Source of the DNA: an uncultured Bdellovibrio sp.
Lineage (GTDB): Bacteria > Bdellovibrionota > Bdellovibrionia > Bdellovibrionales > Bdellovibrionaceae
Direction: 5' to 3'
DNA length: 64,000 nucleotides
Assembly: GCA_963932905.1 (NCBI GenBank)
Contig: CAWVRN010000009.1
Location: 32,001-96,000 of the forward strand
Below the pieces are notes generated by a model. It searched no databases and was not told the DNA's origin. It was given only the letters and a program-made list of their open reading frames with translations. This document shows positions 1 through 10,153 of the stretch, in pieces. The first letter of the stretch is position 1. Every line of letters starts with the position of its first letter. A program made the position numbers and the translations under genes.

Positions 1-1331
1 TCAAGCAGCTTTTTGATTTGCGAATTTATATCCGCGAAAATTTTCAAGCCGCTTATTTCGAAAATCCAAAAATTTCAGCTGAATGTGCATTTTCCCACCG
101 TCGTGTATTTCGTGCCATTCGTGTGCTGGAGGATTACATTGGTATGCTAGCCGAAAACGTAATCAGCGCGAAAGGCCTGACTGTACGTACGGATGAAAAA
201 TTCTATCGTGTGTTTGAAGGTAACGAGATGAATTTTATGTGGAATGATAAATACAAACCGGCGGATCCATTAAAATATGAACCGCAATCGGGTGACGTGG
301 TTCTTTCACGTGGTTCAGCGTCGGTGTCGGCGGCTATTGCGCGTATTACCGATGAAGACTCTAATTTCTCGCATGCAGGTATTATTTATGTAGATCCAGT
401 GAGCAAGAAAATCGAAACGGTAGAGGCCCACATTGAGTTCGGTACTTTGGTGGCTGATATCGCAGACTATAAAGATATGAAAGTTCGTTCGGTTGTATTC
501 CGTTTGAAGCGCCCAGGCGCAACGGATAAACAAAATGCAGAAGCAGCTCATGAAGCGGCTACGAAAGTACGTGCCGAAGTTTTGAAATACAAAGCGGCTT
601 ATGGAAAATCAAAGTATCCAAACCCATGTTATGATTTTGGAATGAGAATCGACAATCCTACGAACATCGTACCTTCTAACGATTTAAAAACTCGTAAGTG
701 TATTTTTTGCTCGGAAGTGGTGTCATTAGCGTATTCGTTGTTAACTAAAGACAGATACAATTTGCCGACTTACAAATCGCCAATCAATCCAAAAAACAGA
801 AAGTTCTTAAATGATATCGGCGTGGAAGTGAAAGAAACGTTTGCACCAGCTGATATGGAGATCGAACCGTATTTCGATATGGTTTTAGAATGGAGAGATT
901 ATATCCGCGTTCACAAAAGTCATGTTATGGATTCTATTTTGACAAGTATGTATGCTTGGATGGATGACTATGATTATCAATTTTACGTACCGTTAGTTGA
1001 TAAACTTAAATCCAACATTGCCTTTACTGGTCGTCGTATTCCTTTCTTTGACCGCATGACGGGTCTAGATGAAAAGTTTCCTTTAAATATGAGTAAGAAC
1101 GCATTGTACGCGATGTTGATGCTGGATGAAGTCTCGAATCAATTAGCGGCCTTTATTTCTGATGGCGAGAAAGCAAACAATGTTACTTACACACCAGCTC
1201 AAATGAACGACGCCTTAAATGCTTGGCGCAAACATGATGCTGATGATTATAAAAAGGGCACTAACTACAATACTGGAAATGATCCAGCGAAAGCTCATCG
1301 GTTCCATCATTTGTTACGTCCTAAAAAATAA
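1..1331 (+). CDS. Permuted papain-like amidase (YiiX/YebB, NlpC/P60 superfamily), 5'-truncated by the window edge
   Basis: Motifs GDVVLSRG, FSHAGII (His), CYDF and FCSEVV (Cys) in the permuted His-before-Cys order; the frame is open back to the window start. Confidence 0.8.
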   Translation, partial: KQLFDLRIYIRENFQAAYFENPKISAECAFSHRRVFRAIRVLEDYIGMLAENVISAKGLTVRTDEKFYRVFEGNEMNFMWNDKYKPADPLKYEPQSGDVVLSRGSASVSAAIARITDEDSNFSHAGIIYVDPVSKKIETVEAHIEFGTLVADIADYKDMKVRSVVFRLKRPGATDKQNAEAAHEAATKVRAEVLKYKAAYGKSKYPNPCYDFGMRIDNPTNIVPSNDLKTRKCIFCSEVVSLAYSLLTKDRYNLPTYKSPINPKNRKFLNDIGVEVKETFAPADMEIEPYFDMVLEWRDYIRVHKSHVMDSILTSMYAWMDDYDYQFYVPLVDKLKSNIAFTGRRIPFFDRMTGLDEKFPLNMSKNALYAMLMLDEVSNQLAAFISDGEKANNVTYTPAQMNDALNAWRKHDADDYKKGTNYNTGNDPAKAHRFHHLLRPKK

Positions 1332-1354
1332 TAAGATCAGTATTTATTGATTTA

Positions 1355-1397
1355 AAACTAAAAAGCCCAAATGTTTATCATTTGGGCTTTTTAGTTT
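1355..1397. terminator. Bidirectional rho-independent terminator
   Basis: 19-bp perfect arms AAACTAAAAAGCCCAAATG / CATTTGGGCTTTTTAGTTT with a 5-nt loop, between convergent genes. Confidence 0.85.
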
Positions 1398-1433
1398 CTA
1401 ATTCATCTGTTTTAAGTTCAGGCTAACTAGCGC

Positions 1434-2111
1434 CTACGGTGCGTTTGCATCTAAAGTACGTACGTATTGACGTAAAGGAGATGGAGCGTAGCTACCGTCA
1501 GTAGTTAACAACTGACGAGGAACTGATTTGCGGTTGTACATGATTGCATTTGCATCATGATCGATCGCTAGAGCAGCGCCTTCGATTGTTAAACCGGCAA
1601 ATAAACCGCGTGAACGAGAGTAGCTGTAGACTTCGCTTTTTAATTGATAGTCAGTGTTAGCTTTGGCTTCGCGGCCTATTGGACCAACCGATACTGAAGC
1701 GTCGCCGCCCAATGTGAAGTTGTTTACGCTTAAACGATCAACTGCATTTGGGTTAACAAATACAAGGATCATATCTACAGCCGAGATACCAACTTGTAGA
1801 CCCCAGTTACCACCAGCGATTCTTACGAATGATGGTTGGCTCCAACCTTTTTCAACGCGGCAAGATACAAGACCTTGACCAATACGTGCACCAAATACAA
1901 ATCCACCACGGATGACATCTGGTAATACAGCGATACAAACGGCTCTATCTAGTAGATCAATTGGGATGGCTCTATCTTGAATTTTCATCACTTCGTCCAA
2001 AACTTGTGATGCACGAACTGTCTTTTGCATTAGACCATTTTCTGTTGTTGCCGCGAAACCAGCAGTTGGAATCACCGCAGCGATTACTAATGCTAATAAA
2101 CTTTTTCTCAT
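1434..2111 (-). CDS. Secreted lipid-binding SYLF (Ysc84) domain protein
   Basis: Signal peptide; motifs GGFVFGARIGQG, WSQP, GLQVG, SYSRSRGLFAG. Confidence 0.9.
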   Translation of the reverse strand: MRKSLLALVIAAVIPTAGFAATTENGLMQKTVRASQVLDEVMKIQDRAIPIDLLDRAVCIAVLPDVIRGGFVFGARIGQGLVSCRVEKGWSQPSFVRIAGGNWGLQVGISAVDMILVFVNPNAVDRLSVNNFTLGGDASVSVGPIGREAKANTDYQLKSEVYSYSRSRGLFAGLTIEGAALAIDHDANAIMYNRKSVPRQLLTTDGSYAPSPLRQYVRTLDANAP

Positions 2112-2170
2112 GACTATCTCCTTTTTGTTTTTATGTTTTCTTCAAACATGTTGAGTCAAAACGGTATCAA

Positions 2171-2187
2171 AGCAAAATGATGGCCAG
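2171..2187 (-). promoter_or_regulatory. Putative sigma54 (-24/-12) promoter for the SYLF gene
   Basis: Minus strand CTGGCCATCATTTTGCT, i.e. GG-N10-GC, about 60 bp upstream of the ATG. Confidence 0.55.
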
Positions 2188-2362
2188 GAAAAAAATTCGA
2201 TGTAAGTTCGCTAGAGGTGCTTATCCTATCTATTAAAATTTTGTGAGTTGAAAAATATCCTGAGTCATCCGTTTTAGCCCCGCGACCGTTAGGGAAAATT
2301 TGTACAATAGCATTCATCATAAAATTGAAATCTATTTCACTGTGACACCAGCGACGCAGATG

Positions 2363-2379
2363 TGGGCGTAGTTATTGCA
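2363..2379 (+). promoter_or_regulatory. Putative sigma54 (-24/-12) promoter for the DUF883 gene
   Basis: TGGGCGTAGTTATTGCA, i.e. GG-N10-GC with TTGCA at -12. Confidence 0.5.
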
Positions 2380-2460
2380 ATCACAGTTTGAAGAGATGGC
2401 AATCGCCAAATTTTTTTAAGAGTCGGCTAGCGCCAAACAAACAACACAAGGAGACAGAAG

Positions 2461-2742
2461 ATGGCTAACGTAACAACTGAGACATTTAATAAAGTAGACA
2501 AAGTAGCTCATAACATGAAAGATAAAGTGGCAAATGGTGAAGACCAATTGACACAAATGACGTATGATGCGGGCAAAAAAGTAGGAGCTATTGCTTCTGA
2601 GTTTGCTCATTCAACTTTAGACTATGCTAAAAATGGTCGTGAATTCGTAAAAGAAAATCCAGGTAAAGGTATTGCAATCGCTGCCGGCGTTGGCTTACTG
2701 GCTGGCAGCTTATTAACGATGGCCATGCGTCGTCGTCACTAG
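2461..2742 (+). CDS. DUF883 / ElaB-YqjD-like tail-anchored protein
   Basis: C-terminal FVKENPGKGIAIAAGVGLLAG TM helix followed by RRR; AAGGAG RBS. Confidence 0.85.
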   Translation: MANVTTETFNKVDKVAHNMKDKVANGEDQLTQMTYDAGKKVGAIASEFAHSTLDYAKNGREFVKENPGKGIAIAAGVGLLAGSLLTMAMRRRH

Positions 2743-2753
2743 ATATTAATTCT

Positions 2754-2792
2754 AAGAGGTCAGGGGTGATAAATCCCTGGCCTCTTTTTTTT
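2754..2792 (+). terminator. Rho-independent terminator
   Basis: AAGAGGTCAGGG...CCCTGGCCTCTT followed by a T-run. Confidence 0.75.
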
Positions 2793-2808
2793 GGAGGAGG
2801 GAATCCAA

Positions 2809-3162
2809 ATGATTAAGTCATTTCTAGAAGAAGAAGCACAAGGTATCGTGATTAAATTTTGTTTGGCGATGGTGTGCTTGTCGGTTTTAATTTTTTCTTT
2901 ATTTCAATTAGGTTATGCTTTTCAAACGTGGGTGGCTCAATATAAAGATGCGTTCCAAATGTCATGCGTGATGTTCTCGTCAACCTTGTTGTTAAGCTTG
3001 CTTGGTATGTACTTCCTTTTCAGCAAGCGTACACCCGAAGTTGACGAAAACGGCATTGTCGATGTTCATCACCCATTAATGGGTATGAGCCTTCAAGAGA
3101 AAGGTTTCACATTTGTTCGCGGGCTCATTGATGGGCTCGTAAACGGTCGCAGTACTCAGTAA
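2809..3162 (+). CDS. Small two-TM membrane protein (possibly YqjE/holin-like partner of DUF883)
   Basis: GGAGG RBS before ATG 2809; two hydrophobic helices; family inferred only from context. Confidence 0.6.
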   Translation: MIKSFLEEEAQGIVIKFCLAMVCLSVLIFSLFQLGYAFQTWVAQYKDAFQMSCVMFSSTLLLSLLGMYFLFSKRTPEVDENGIVDVHHPLMGMSLQEKGFTFVRGLIDGLVNGRSTQ

Positions 3163-3193
3163 ATCTGGTCACAAATTTGCCTGGTTTATCGCT

Positions 3194-4480
3194 ATGCTGA
3201 ATTGTAGAGCGTGGATTGTGCTTCAGATATTGCTGTTTTCGTTTTGGGCGGGTGCCGACTCGCTGTCTTGCGGTAGTTTTTACAGACTTGTAAAGCCGGT
3301 TTTGTCCTATGGATTAGAGATCGAATTTACGGCCAGCCGCCATCCTGAATTATTAAACGATTATCGACCTTACCACACGTCAGAAAAAAAGTGGCTTTCG
3401 TTTCCTATGGAAAAACGGATGCAGATCGTGGAAAGCCAGGTGACTAAAGACCGTGTGAATACATTAGTTCGCATGTCGATGGCCCCTGCCTGGGCACCTG
3501 AATTTATGGATAGAGAAGGCCACGGGACGTTTGAAGCTAATTCGATGATTTTTTCGGACTTGTTCGCTCTTAAACAAGGACTGAGTCGAATGGGACGACG
3601 TTACGGCAAAGGTTCAGCTCAAGTGCACGTGGTTTTTGATCGCAATGAAGTAAAGGCTTCGCACACGGGTTTTATTACTTTCTCTGCCGATCGCGCGCAA
3701 CTGCGAAACTTAGTTTTGGGATATGGTAAATACCAACAAGATAAATCTAAAATTCCGGCCGCCAATATCATGCATTATGTGTTAGGTCCCATGACGGCCT
3801 CTGGTGAAGAAGCCACTGCGACGTTAGATAGGAAAATAGCAAAAGGAGAATATTTGTCCGACGATACAGGGGGTAAGTATTATTTGTCTACCGTATTGCG
3901 TGCAGGCGTCTATGGCAAGGACAGTGATTTGGTGGGCTATGAATTAAGGCAGTTCAACTTTGATCACGAAGGACTAGTTCAAGAAGTCGAGCATGTGAGC
4001 CATGTGATTCAGAATAAAAAAATTGATCGTTTCAATCGTTTTGCTGGTTCTATAGAAACTAAGGAAGTTATTTGGGCGCGCATCGCTGATGAATATGGAT
4101 CGGCCGCCCTTCGCTGGAAAGAAAAACTAAATGTGATCACGCCGAAAGATTCAAACTTGATGCTGGCCATATTGTTTTTCATGCGAGATTGGAAGAAGCA
4201 TCCTATTATTGAAACGCTTCCAGGCGATCAGAAAATAAAAATGCGAACACGGTTGATCGAATTGCAAGGAAATCTTCTACTAGATCTAAATGCGATAATG
4301 GATAGACCTGATCTTAGATCTAAAGAGAAACTATATTTTGTACGTATTGCCGTCGCTAAATGGGCCAGCGATACCGGGTTGTTATACGCCTTTGATGACT
4401 TTGAACAGTCCGTATCACCTGAGTTTTTTGACCTCCAGCCTCATTTATTGCGAGTTGGTAATTCTCTCCCTGAAAAATAG
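3194..4480 (+). CDS. Secreted protein with putative COOH-NH2 ligase (amidoligase) fold motifs
   Basis: Signal-like N-terminus; YGLEIEF, FEANS, QVHVVF and YELRQF resemble the GxExE / E / HxH / ExR motifs. Confidence 0.5.
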   Translation: MLNCRAWIVLQILLFSFWAGADSLSCGSFYRLVKPVLSYGLEIEFTASRHPELLNDYRPYHTSEKKWLSFPMEKRMQIVESQVTKDRVNTLVRMSMAPAWAPEFMDREGHGTFEANSMIFSDLFALKQGLSRMGRRYGKGSAQVHVVFDRNEVKASHTGFITFSADRAQLRNLVLGYGKYQQDKSKIPAANIMHYVLGPMTASGEEATATLDRKIAKGEYLSDDTGGKYYLSTVLRAGVYGKDSDLVGYELRQFNFDHEGLVQEVEHVSHVIQNKKIDRFNRFAGSIETKEVIWARIADEYGSAALRWKEKLNVITPKDSNLMLAILFFMRDWKKHPIIETLPGDQKIKMRTRLIELQGNLLLDLNAIMDRPDLRSKEKLYFVRIAVAKWASDTGLLYAFDDFEQSVSPEFFDLQPHLLRVGNSLPEK

Positions 4481-4597
4481 TAAATTCAGGTGACCGTTTT
4501 TGGTAAAAGATTTCATGGCGACCAAAAAAAATCCTTATGAATAAAATAATCTGGTAAAACCTTGGTATTCAAAAAAAACAATAAAGGGTGTGGTTAT

Positions 4598-5731
4598 ATG
4601 AAATTTGTCGTTTTATGTGTATTAGCTTTGGCTATGCTTCAAGGTTGTAACAAGGGTGATGACAATCAAGACTCCAGCGGCGCGTGTAAGCAAGAATATA
4701 TTGATGCCTGGAATGCGGTAGGATTAGCTAAAATTTATTCTACTTCGACTGAAAAATCGAATGCTTGTGCGACTTTGAAAAACAAAGGCGGCGTTAGTTG
4801 TAAGGCCAGCGTAACCACAACTGGTGTTGGTAGCAAAACAGAAGAGCGTAATATTTCCTATGCTGATCACAAAGAGTTTTGTGAAGGTTCTAGCAGCACG
4901 ACTCCAAGCACGCCGTCGACCGATAATTACAACGGATACAATGGTGGATATGAATCGACGCCAAGATCTAAATACTCTTCGTCTTATGGAGGTGCTTGTA
5001 GTCAAGGTTTCATAGATTTGTATAATGATTTAGTAGTGAAAAGAGGAAAAATACTAGGTGCTTATTCGAACGAAACTAAGTTAGCCGCCTATGTAGATTT
5101 GCTTCCTAAATGTGCCGATAAAAAAATTGCTGAAGCGGAAACATCATCTTGTTTAGCTTCTATGTACGACTCTTATTCATATTCAAACACTACTAAGAGG
5201 ATTTATCTTTCAGAGTTCACGACAGCATGTAAGCTAGCAGAAGAGTCGGTTGCTGAAGCTAAGCAAATTGAATTGGCCCGCTCTGTTCGCGTTCTTTCAA
5301 AAGTTGAAACTGTCGAAGGCAATATTGAAAACATGGTTGAGTTAAAAAAATTCAACTCAGTTGGCGGTGCTACGTACCTAGTTGATGGTAAATGGTTAAA
5401 ACAAGAACAAATGAAAGCTAGATTAGCGACGTTAGCTGAAGATCAAACAGTGTGTAATGTGACGACGACGGCTGTTAATGTGCCTGCTACAACATTGTTC
5501 AGAGCCTTAGATGTTAAGGTGTCTAAAGACACTATTAAAATCGCAGCCAAAGAACAAACTCCCGAACTTTCTGCTGACTTGAATAGAGTTGAAATGACTT
5601 TGGTAACAGCAAAAACGGCGGAAGTTACCGTTAAAGTTCGTTGTTTCAAGAAAACTGAAATCACTATAGATGATATTCAGACCGCTTTGAAAAACACGTT
5701 GAAATTAGACGCTGTTAAGACACGAGAGTAG
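4598..5731 (+). CDS. Lipoprotein with two tandem 4-Cys domains
   Basis: Lipobox LQGC; repeats GACKQEYIDAWN and GACSQGFIDLYN, each followed by SCxAS. Confidence 0.75.
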   Translation: MKFVVLCVLALAMLQGCNKGDDNQDSSGACKQEYIDAWNAVGLAKIYSTSTEKSNACATLKNKGGVSCKASVTTTGVGSKTEERNISYADHKEFCEGSSSTTPSTPSTDNYNGYNGGYESTPRSKYSSSYGGACSQGFIDLYNDLVVKRGKILGAYSNETKLAAYVDLLPKCADKKIAEAETSSCLASMYDSYSYSNTTKRIYLSEFTTACKLAEESVAEAKQIELARSVRVLSKVETVEGNIENMVELKKFNSVGGATYLVDGKWLKQEQMKARLATLAEDQTVCNVTTTAVNVPATTLFRALDVKVSKDTIKIAAKEQTPELSADLNRVEMTLVTAKTAEVTVKVRCFKKTEITIDDIQTALKNTLKLDAVKTRE

Positions 5732-5756
5732 TTTTTTTGTAATATGCTTGTTCGCG

Positions 5757-8700
5757 TTAGCCCCAGAAATATTGATCTGGTTCTAACGCGAGCGGTGTTT
5801 CATGCAAGGTTTCTGTCTGCCACAATGGGGCCACATGATTCACGATAATACTGACCGTATTTCCATCTCGCTCCATTTTTCCACCAACAATTAAAAAGCA
5901 GTGATTTAAAAAGACGTCGTTATATTTCTCGAAGGTGTCGGGGAATAAAACTAGATCGATAAATCCATATTCATCTTCTAGCGTTGAAAAGCAGGTGCCC
6001 TTAGCCGTAGGTGGTTTTTGTCTGATTAAAACTAGGCCGCACGTTTTTATCTGCGAACCACTTTTCATTTCTCGGATTTTCTTGGACGTCATTTTTGGAA
6101 TTGTCGTTATGGTTTTTCGTAATTCCTGCATCGGGTGGCCTTGCAGGGATAGCGAAAATGCGCCGTAGTCGTTTTGAACTTTTTCGAAGCCATTCAAATC
6201 AGAAAAATTCAGTGATGGTGAACGGTTGGTTTCCTGTTGATTCAAATAGGATGTGTGTGTAAAAAAACTGAGTTGTTCTGAGCTTGTTTTAGTCAGTACG
6301 TTTTCATATTCCATAATAGCCCAAAGGGAATTGCGGGCATTCCAGTTAAAATCTTCAAAACGACTCGCCAAGGCAAGTCGCTGGATCACATCGGCTCGCA
6401 ATGACGATCGCTTCAAAAAATCAGCCAGGCTGGTGAATTCTTTTTGTTCGCGTTCCAGCACCATAGCTTCGACATGTGATTGGCTTAAACCACTGACGAC
6501 GCGAAATCCTAAACGAATCGTATTTTCGCCTTCGATCGCACAATCCCATTGGGATTTGTTGATTGAAACGGGAAGCACGCGCACCCCATGCCTGATGGCA
6601 TCGTAAATGATCGTGTCATTTCTATAGAAGCCCATCGGTTGACTGTTGACCAGTGAACAGGCGAATTCCGCTGGGTGATGGCATTTTAAATAGCACGATA
6701 CATAGGCCAGCAGAGCAAACGAAGCCGCATGGCTTTCGGGAAAACCATAATTACTGAAGCCTTGGATCTGTTCAAAAATTTGATTTGAAAATTCAGGGCT
6801 CATCCCACCCTTAATTAATCCGCGTCGCAAACGATCACCCATTTCTCCGAGGGGGCGACTGGTTTTCCAGGCGTTGATCGATTTTCTCAGCAGATCGGAT
6901 TCACCTGGGGTAAATCCAGCTAAATCGATAGCGAGCTTCATGACTTGTTCTTGGAATAAAGGAACACCTTTTGTTTTACCCAAAATATTTTCGACAGCTT
7001 TGTTGGGGTATTTAATTTCTTCTAAACCGCGTCGGCGTTTCAAATAAGGATGAACCATGTTGCCCACGATGGGGCCAGGGCGCACGATGGCGACTTGAAC
7101 GACTAGGTCATAAAAGTTCTCTGGCTTCAGACGGCCCAGCATTGACATCTGCGCGCGCGATTCCACTTGGAAGGTGCCGACGGTGTCACAGTTCTGAATC
7201 ATCGTGTAAGTGGCTTTGTCGTCGGCCGGTATTTCATACAGTTTATGATGAGTTAATTTCAAAGTTTTGCTGAGGCACGACAGCATTCCTAACGATAGCA
7301 CATCGACTTTGATCAGCCCGAGTGTGTCTAAATCATATTTATCCCACTGAATAATGGTACGACCTTCTTTGCGTGCGGGTTCGACAGGAACAATATCGAT
7401 GATGGGATCGGCACTCAATGTGAAACCACCGCTGTGAATAGAGAGATGACGAGGAAAACCTTGCATTTCGCCAGCGATGTAGGAAATTTTATCTTGAAGG
7501 CTTTCTTTTTGTGGGTGATCTTTGATCAATTCATCAAACTGCCGTTCCAGTTTCTTCGCGGATAAGGTTCCGACAGCAACGCCAAAGGCTTTACAGACCT
7601 CACGAAAAGCACTGCGGTACTGATACGTCACAACAGCGCTGACCATGGCGGCGCGATCGCGACCATAACGACTGTACATATACTGAATGATTTCTTCACG
7701 GCGTTCGTGTTCAAAATCAATATCGATATCTGGTGGTTCGCCACGTTCAGCACTGATGAATCTTTCAAATAGCAGATTCATTTCAGATGGGTTGATCGCC
7801 GTGATTCCTAAAACATAACAGACAGCTGAATTCGCTGCCGATCCACGTCCCTGACATAAGATATCTAGTTCATTGGCTTTGCGGACAATGTCATAAATGG
7901 TTAAAAAATAATCGGCATAGCCAAGCTCACCAATCAGTTTTAATTCGTGATCTAATAATTTTTGCATTTTTTCATCGATAGTTCGATGGACAGCATTTTC
8001 TTTGACTAAAAATTCCAAATACGTTTGAGCCGTGTAGTTTTCAGGAATCCATTCGGAAGGGTAGCGGTATTTCAATTCGCTTGGGGAAAACGTACATTCA
8101 TCGGCAATCTCGACGGTTTTTTGTAGAGCCTCAGGAAAATCTTTATATAGCATCACCATGTGCTGTGGGCTTTTGATGTAACGTTCGCCGTTACCTCGAA
8201 TTTTAAATCCAATCTCTGATAAAGGTTTTGTCTCACGAATAGAAATCAAAACGTCTTGGACCAGTTTACGTTTTTTAACGTGATATTCCACATCGTTACT
8301 GGCGACAAGTTCCAGGTCCCACGTGTTTTTAATTTCTAGCAGTCGACGCACGCGTTTTTCATCGTGACCATCTTGATAAAAAGTCAGCGGGAGATACAGA
8401 TTGCGTTTAAATAGTTTTTTCAATTCAGGCCACAGAATGCCTAATTCAGATTCCGTGCGCGGAATAACGACTAAGTTTGCGGCGATGGTATCGGATAAAC
8501 TGTTCAAAAAGTGATTGATGAATAAATTGCCTTCACCTTTTTCGCTCTCTTTTTTAGACAGGGTGACCAGCTGACAAATGCGTGCATAAGCGGCGCGGTT
8601 TTTTGCTATCAGCGTAAGGGGAGCGTGATCAAAGAAAGTCAGTTCCGCACCGCAGAGGTATTTAAAATTAGGATGATCCTTGGCCACGCGATAACCACGA

Positions 8701-8843
8701 GGCATACCATACACACCATTGATATCTGTTAAGGCCATGCCAGAGAGATTCATTTTCACAGCTTGCTCAATGAGCTCGTTAGGATGGGAAGCTCCGGTCA
8801 GGAAACTAAAATTGGTTTTCGTGCGCAGTTCGACGTAGTTCAT
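5757..8843 (-). CDS. dnaE2: Error-prone DNA polymerase DnaE2 (ImuC)
   Basis: YVEL..TNFSFLTGASHP PHP start, GRGSAANS, PPDIDIDFEH, YGFPESHAASFA, C-terminal OB fold; lies downstream of imuB. Confidence 0.97.
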   Translation of the reverse strand: MNYVELRTKTNFSFLTGASHPNELIEQAVKMNLSGMALTDINGVYGMPRGYRVAKDHPNFKYLCGAELTFFDHAPLTLIAKNRAAYARICQLVTLSKKESEKGEGNLFINHFLNSLSDTIAANLVVIPRTESELGILWPELKKLFKRNLYLPLTFYQDGHDEKRVRRLLEIKNTWDLELVASNDVEYHVKKRKLVQDVLISIRETKPLSEIGFKIRGNGERYIKSPQHMVMLYKDFPEALQKTVEIADECTFSPSELKYRYPSEWIPENYTAQTYLEFLVKENAVHRTIDEKMQKLLDHELKLIGELGYADYFLTIYDIVRKANELDILCQGRGSAANSAVCYVLGITAINPSEMNLLFERFISAERGEPPDIDIDFEHERREEIIQYMYSRYGRDRAAMVSAVVTYQYRSAFREVCKAFGVAVGTLSAKKLERQFDELIKDHPQKESLQDKISYIAGEMQGFPRHLSIHSGGFTLSADPIIDIVPVEPARKEGRTIIQWDKYDLDTLGLIKVDVLSLGMLSCLSKTLKLTHHKLYEIPADDKATYTMIQNCDTVGTFQVESRAQMSMLGRLKPENFYDLVVQVAIVRPGPIVGNMVHPYLKRRRGLEEIKYPNKAVENILGKTKGVPLFQEQVMKLAIDLAGFTPGESDLLRKSINAWKTSRPLGEMGDRLRRGLIKGGMSPEFSNQIFEQIQGFSNYGFPESHAASFALLAYVSCYLKCHHPAEFACSLVNSQPMGFYRNDTIIYDAIRHGVRVLPVSINKSQWDCAIEGENTIRLGFRVVSGLSQSHVEAMVLEREQKEFTSLADFLKRSSLRADVIQRLALASRFEDFNWNARNSLWAIMEYENVLTKTSSEQLSFFTHTSYLNQQETNRSPSLNFSDLNGFEKVQNDYGAFSLSLQGHPMQELRKTITTIPKMTSKKIREMKSGSQIKTCGLVLIRQKPPTAKGTCFSTLEDEYGFIDLVLFPDTFEKYNDVFLNHCFLIVGGKMERDGNTVSIIVNHVAPLWQTETLHETPLALEPDQYFWG

Positions 8844-10153
8844 TCAAATATTCCGTGTAGGTAATAACCGTCTTTATTTTTAAACACCCAGAAACTATCA
8901 CCGCTGACTGTGTTTAATCGGTAGTACACGCGTTCGCCACCTGAAATTTCCCACCAGTTGGATAACAAGACTTCGGGATTTTTCCATTCGGTGATGTCAT
9001 GGGGAAGCCGGTTGTAAACCAAGCGATTGTTGTGAATGGGAATCGCCAAGGGTTCTTTGAATAGGCGTAAAGGTCGTTCGGGAATAAATGATTCTTGAAC
9101 GGTGTCATTTGATTTTTCAGGGGTGCGAAACCAATTGCGCTCAGGAAGATAGTTTTCTTTGATCTGGGCGAAGAAAGCCCCGTCAGTGCCAAGTTTAGTC
9201 GCCAGCCTTGAAACTAAATGGAAAAAGGACTCCGACGTTTCTTCTTTCTTTTGATCAAACAAATCTTTCTGACTGGTTAAATAAGGCGCTTCTTCGGTGA
9301 CGACCAAAGATACACTGATAATCGCGTGTTCCAGTGGCATTCGATGAACCATAGAGTCTAATTTTTCCCTAGCAATTTGAAAAATCGTTTTCACAGAAAC
9401 AAAAGGCAACTGGATAATAACAGGTACTTCATAACTTTGCTTTGACTTGCGTGTTTCATATTCCTGTTGCAAAACAATTTTAAATTGACGAACACGCTGA
9501 CCACGACCACGCAGACGAAGATAAATTTTTTCCAACATCGGACGTAAGATAAAATAAACAGGTTCTAAATCGCGCGGCGGGTAGGCTAAATCAAATTCAT
9601 GCGTTTCTTCTACCACTTGACGAGGTTTGAATTCTGTCCAAGGGATTTCATGAAGTCCTAAAATACGTTGATACGCCATCAAAATGACAGGACCAAATCG
9701 CGGTGATATTTCATAAGAAGGAATTTTTAAAAAATCTTTAACGGTGTGAATACGAAGTGATTTTAATAAATTCATGGCTTTGACCACGATTCCTTGCTGT
9801 TCCGGATATTGCCCCAGTGGGTCGCTATAATAAATCAAAGATTCAATGGGCAGTGAGTCTTTGTCGACAACAGGATAAATGGCCATGGCCAGTGCCGTGC
9901 TTATATCATCGGCGATGGACAGGTCGGCGTGGATACCAATGCGCTCTAGGGTTACGTAGGTGCGTTTTAGAAACGTCGATTCTGAATACAGGGCGTGGCA
10001 TTTAGAAATTTCTAGAAAAATCGCCGTGTGATCAAACGGACCCTTTCCATGGCCCGCCTGGCGAAGTCGAATTTGTGGAGTCGCACGGTAGAAAATTTCG
10101 GCGATGGTTTGTGCGTTAGTGTCCTTGGGTAATTTAATACAAACGATCCTCAC
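8840..10153 (-). CDS. imuB: ImuB, inactive Y-family polymerase homolog
   Basis: Clamp motif QKDLF, RPLRLF, C-terminal NWW...RVYY..FWVF..YLHGIFE; 4-bp overlap with dnaE2. Confidence 0.9.
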   Translation of the reverse strand: MRIVCIKLPKDTNAQTIAEIFYRATPQIRLRQAGHGKGPFDHTAIFLEISKCHALYSESTFLKRTYVTLERIGIHADLSIADDISTALAMAIYPVVDKDSLPIESLIYYSDPLGQYPEQQGIVVKAMNLLKSLRIHTVKDFLKIPSYEISPRFGPVILMAYQRILGLHEIPWTEFKPRQVVEETHEFDLAYPPRDLEPVYFILRPMLEKIYLRLRGRGQRVRQFKIVLQQEYETRKSKQSYEVPVIIQLPFVSVKTIFQIAREKLDSMVHRMPLEHAIISVSLVVTEEAPYLTSQKDLFDQKKEETSESFFHLVSRLATKLGTDGAFFAQIKENYLPERNWFRTPEKSNDTVQESFIPERPLRLFKEPLAIPIHNNRLVYNRLPHDITEWKNPEVLLSNWWEISGGERVYYRLNTVSGDSFWVFKNKDGYYLHGIFE

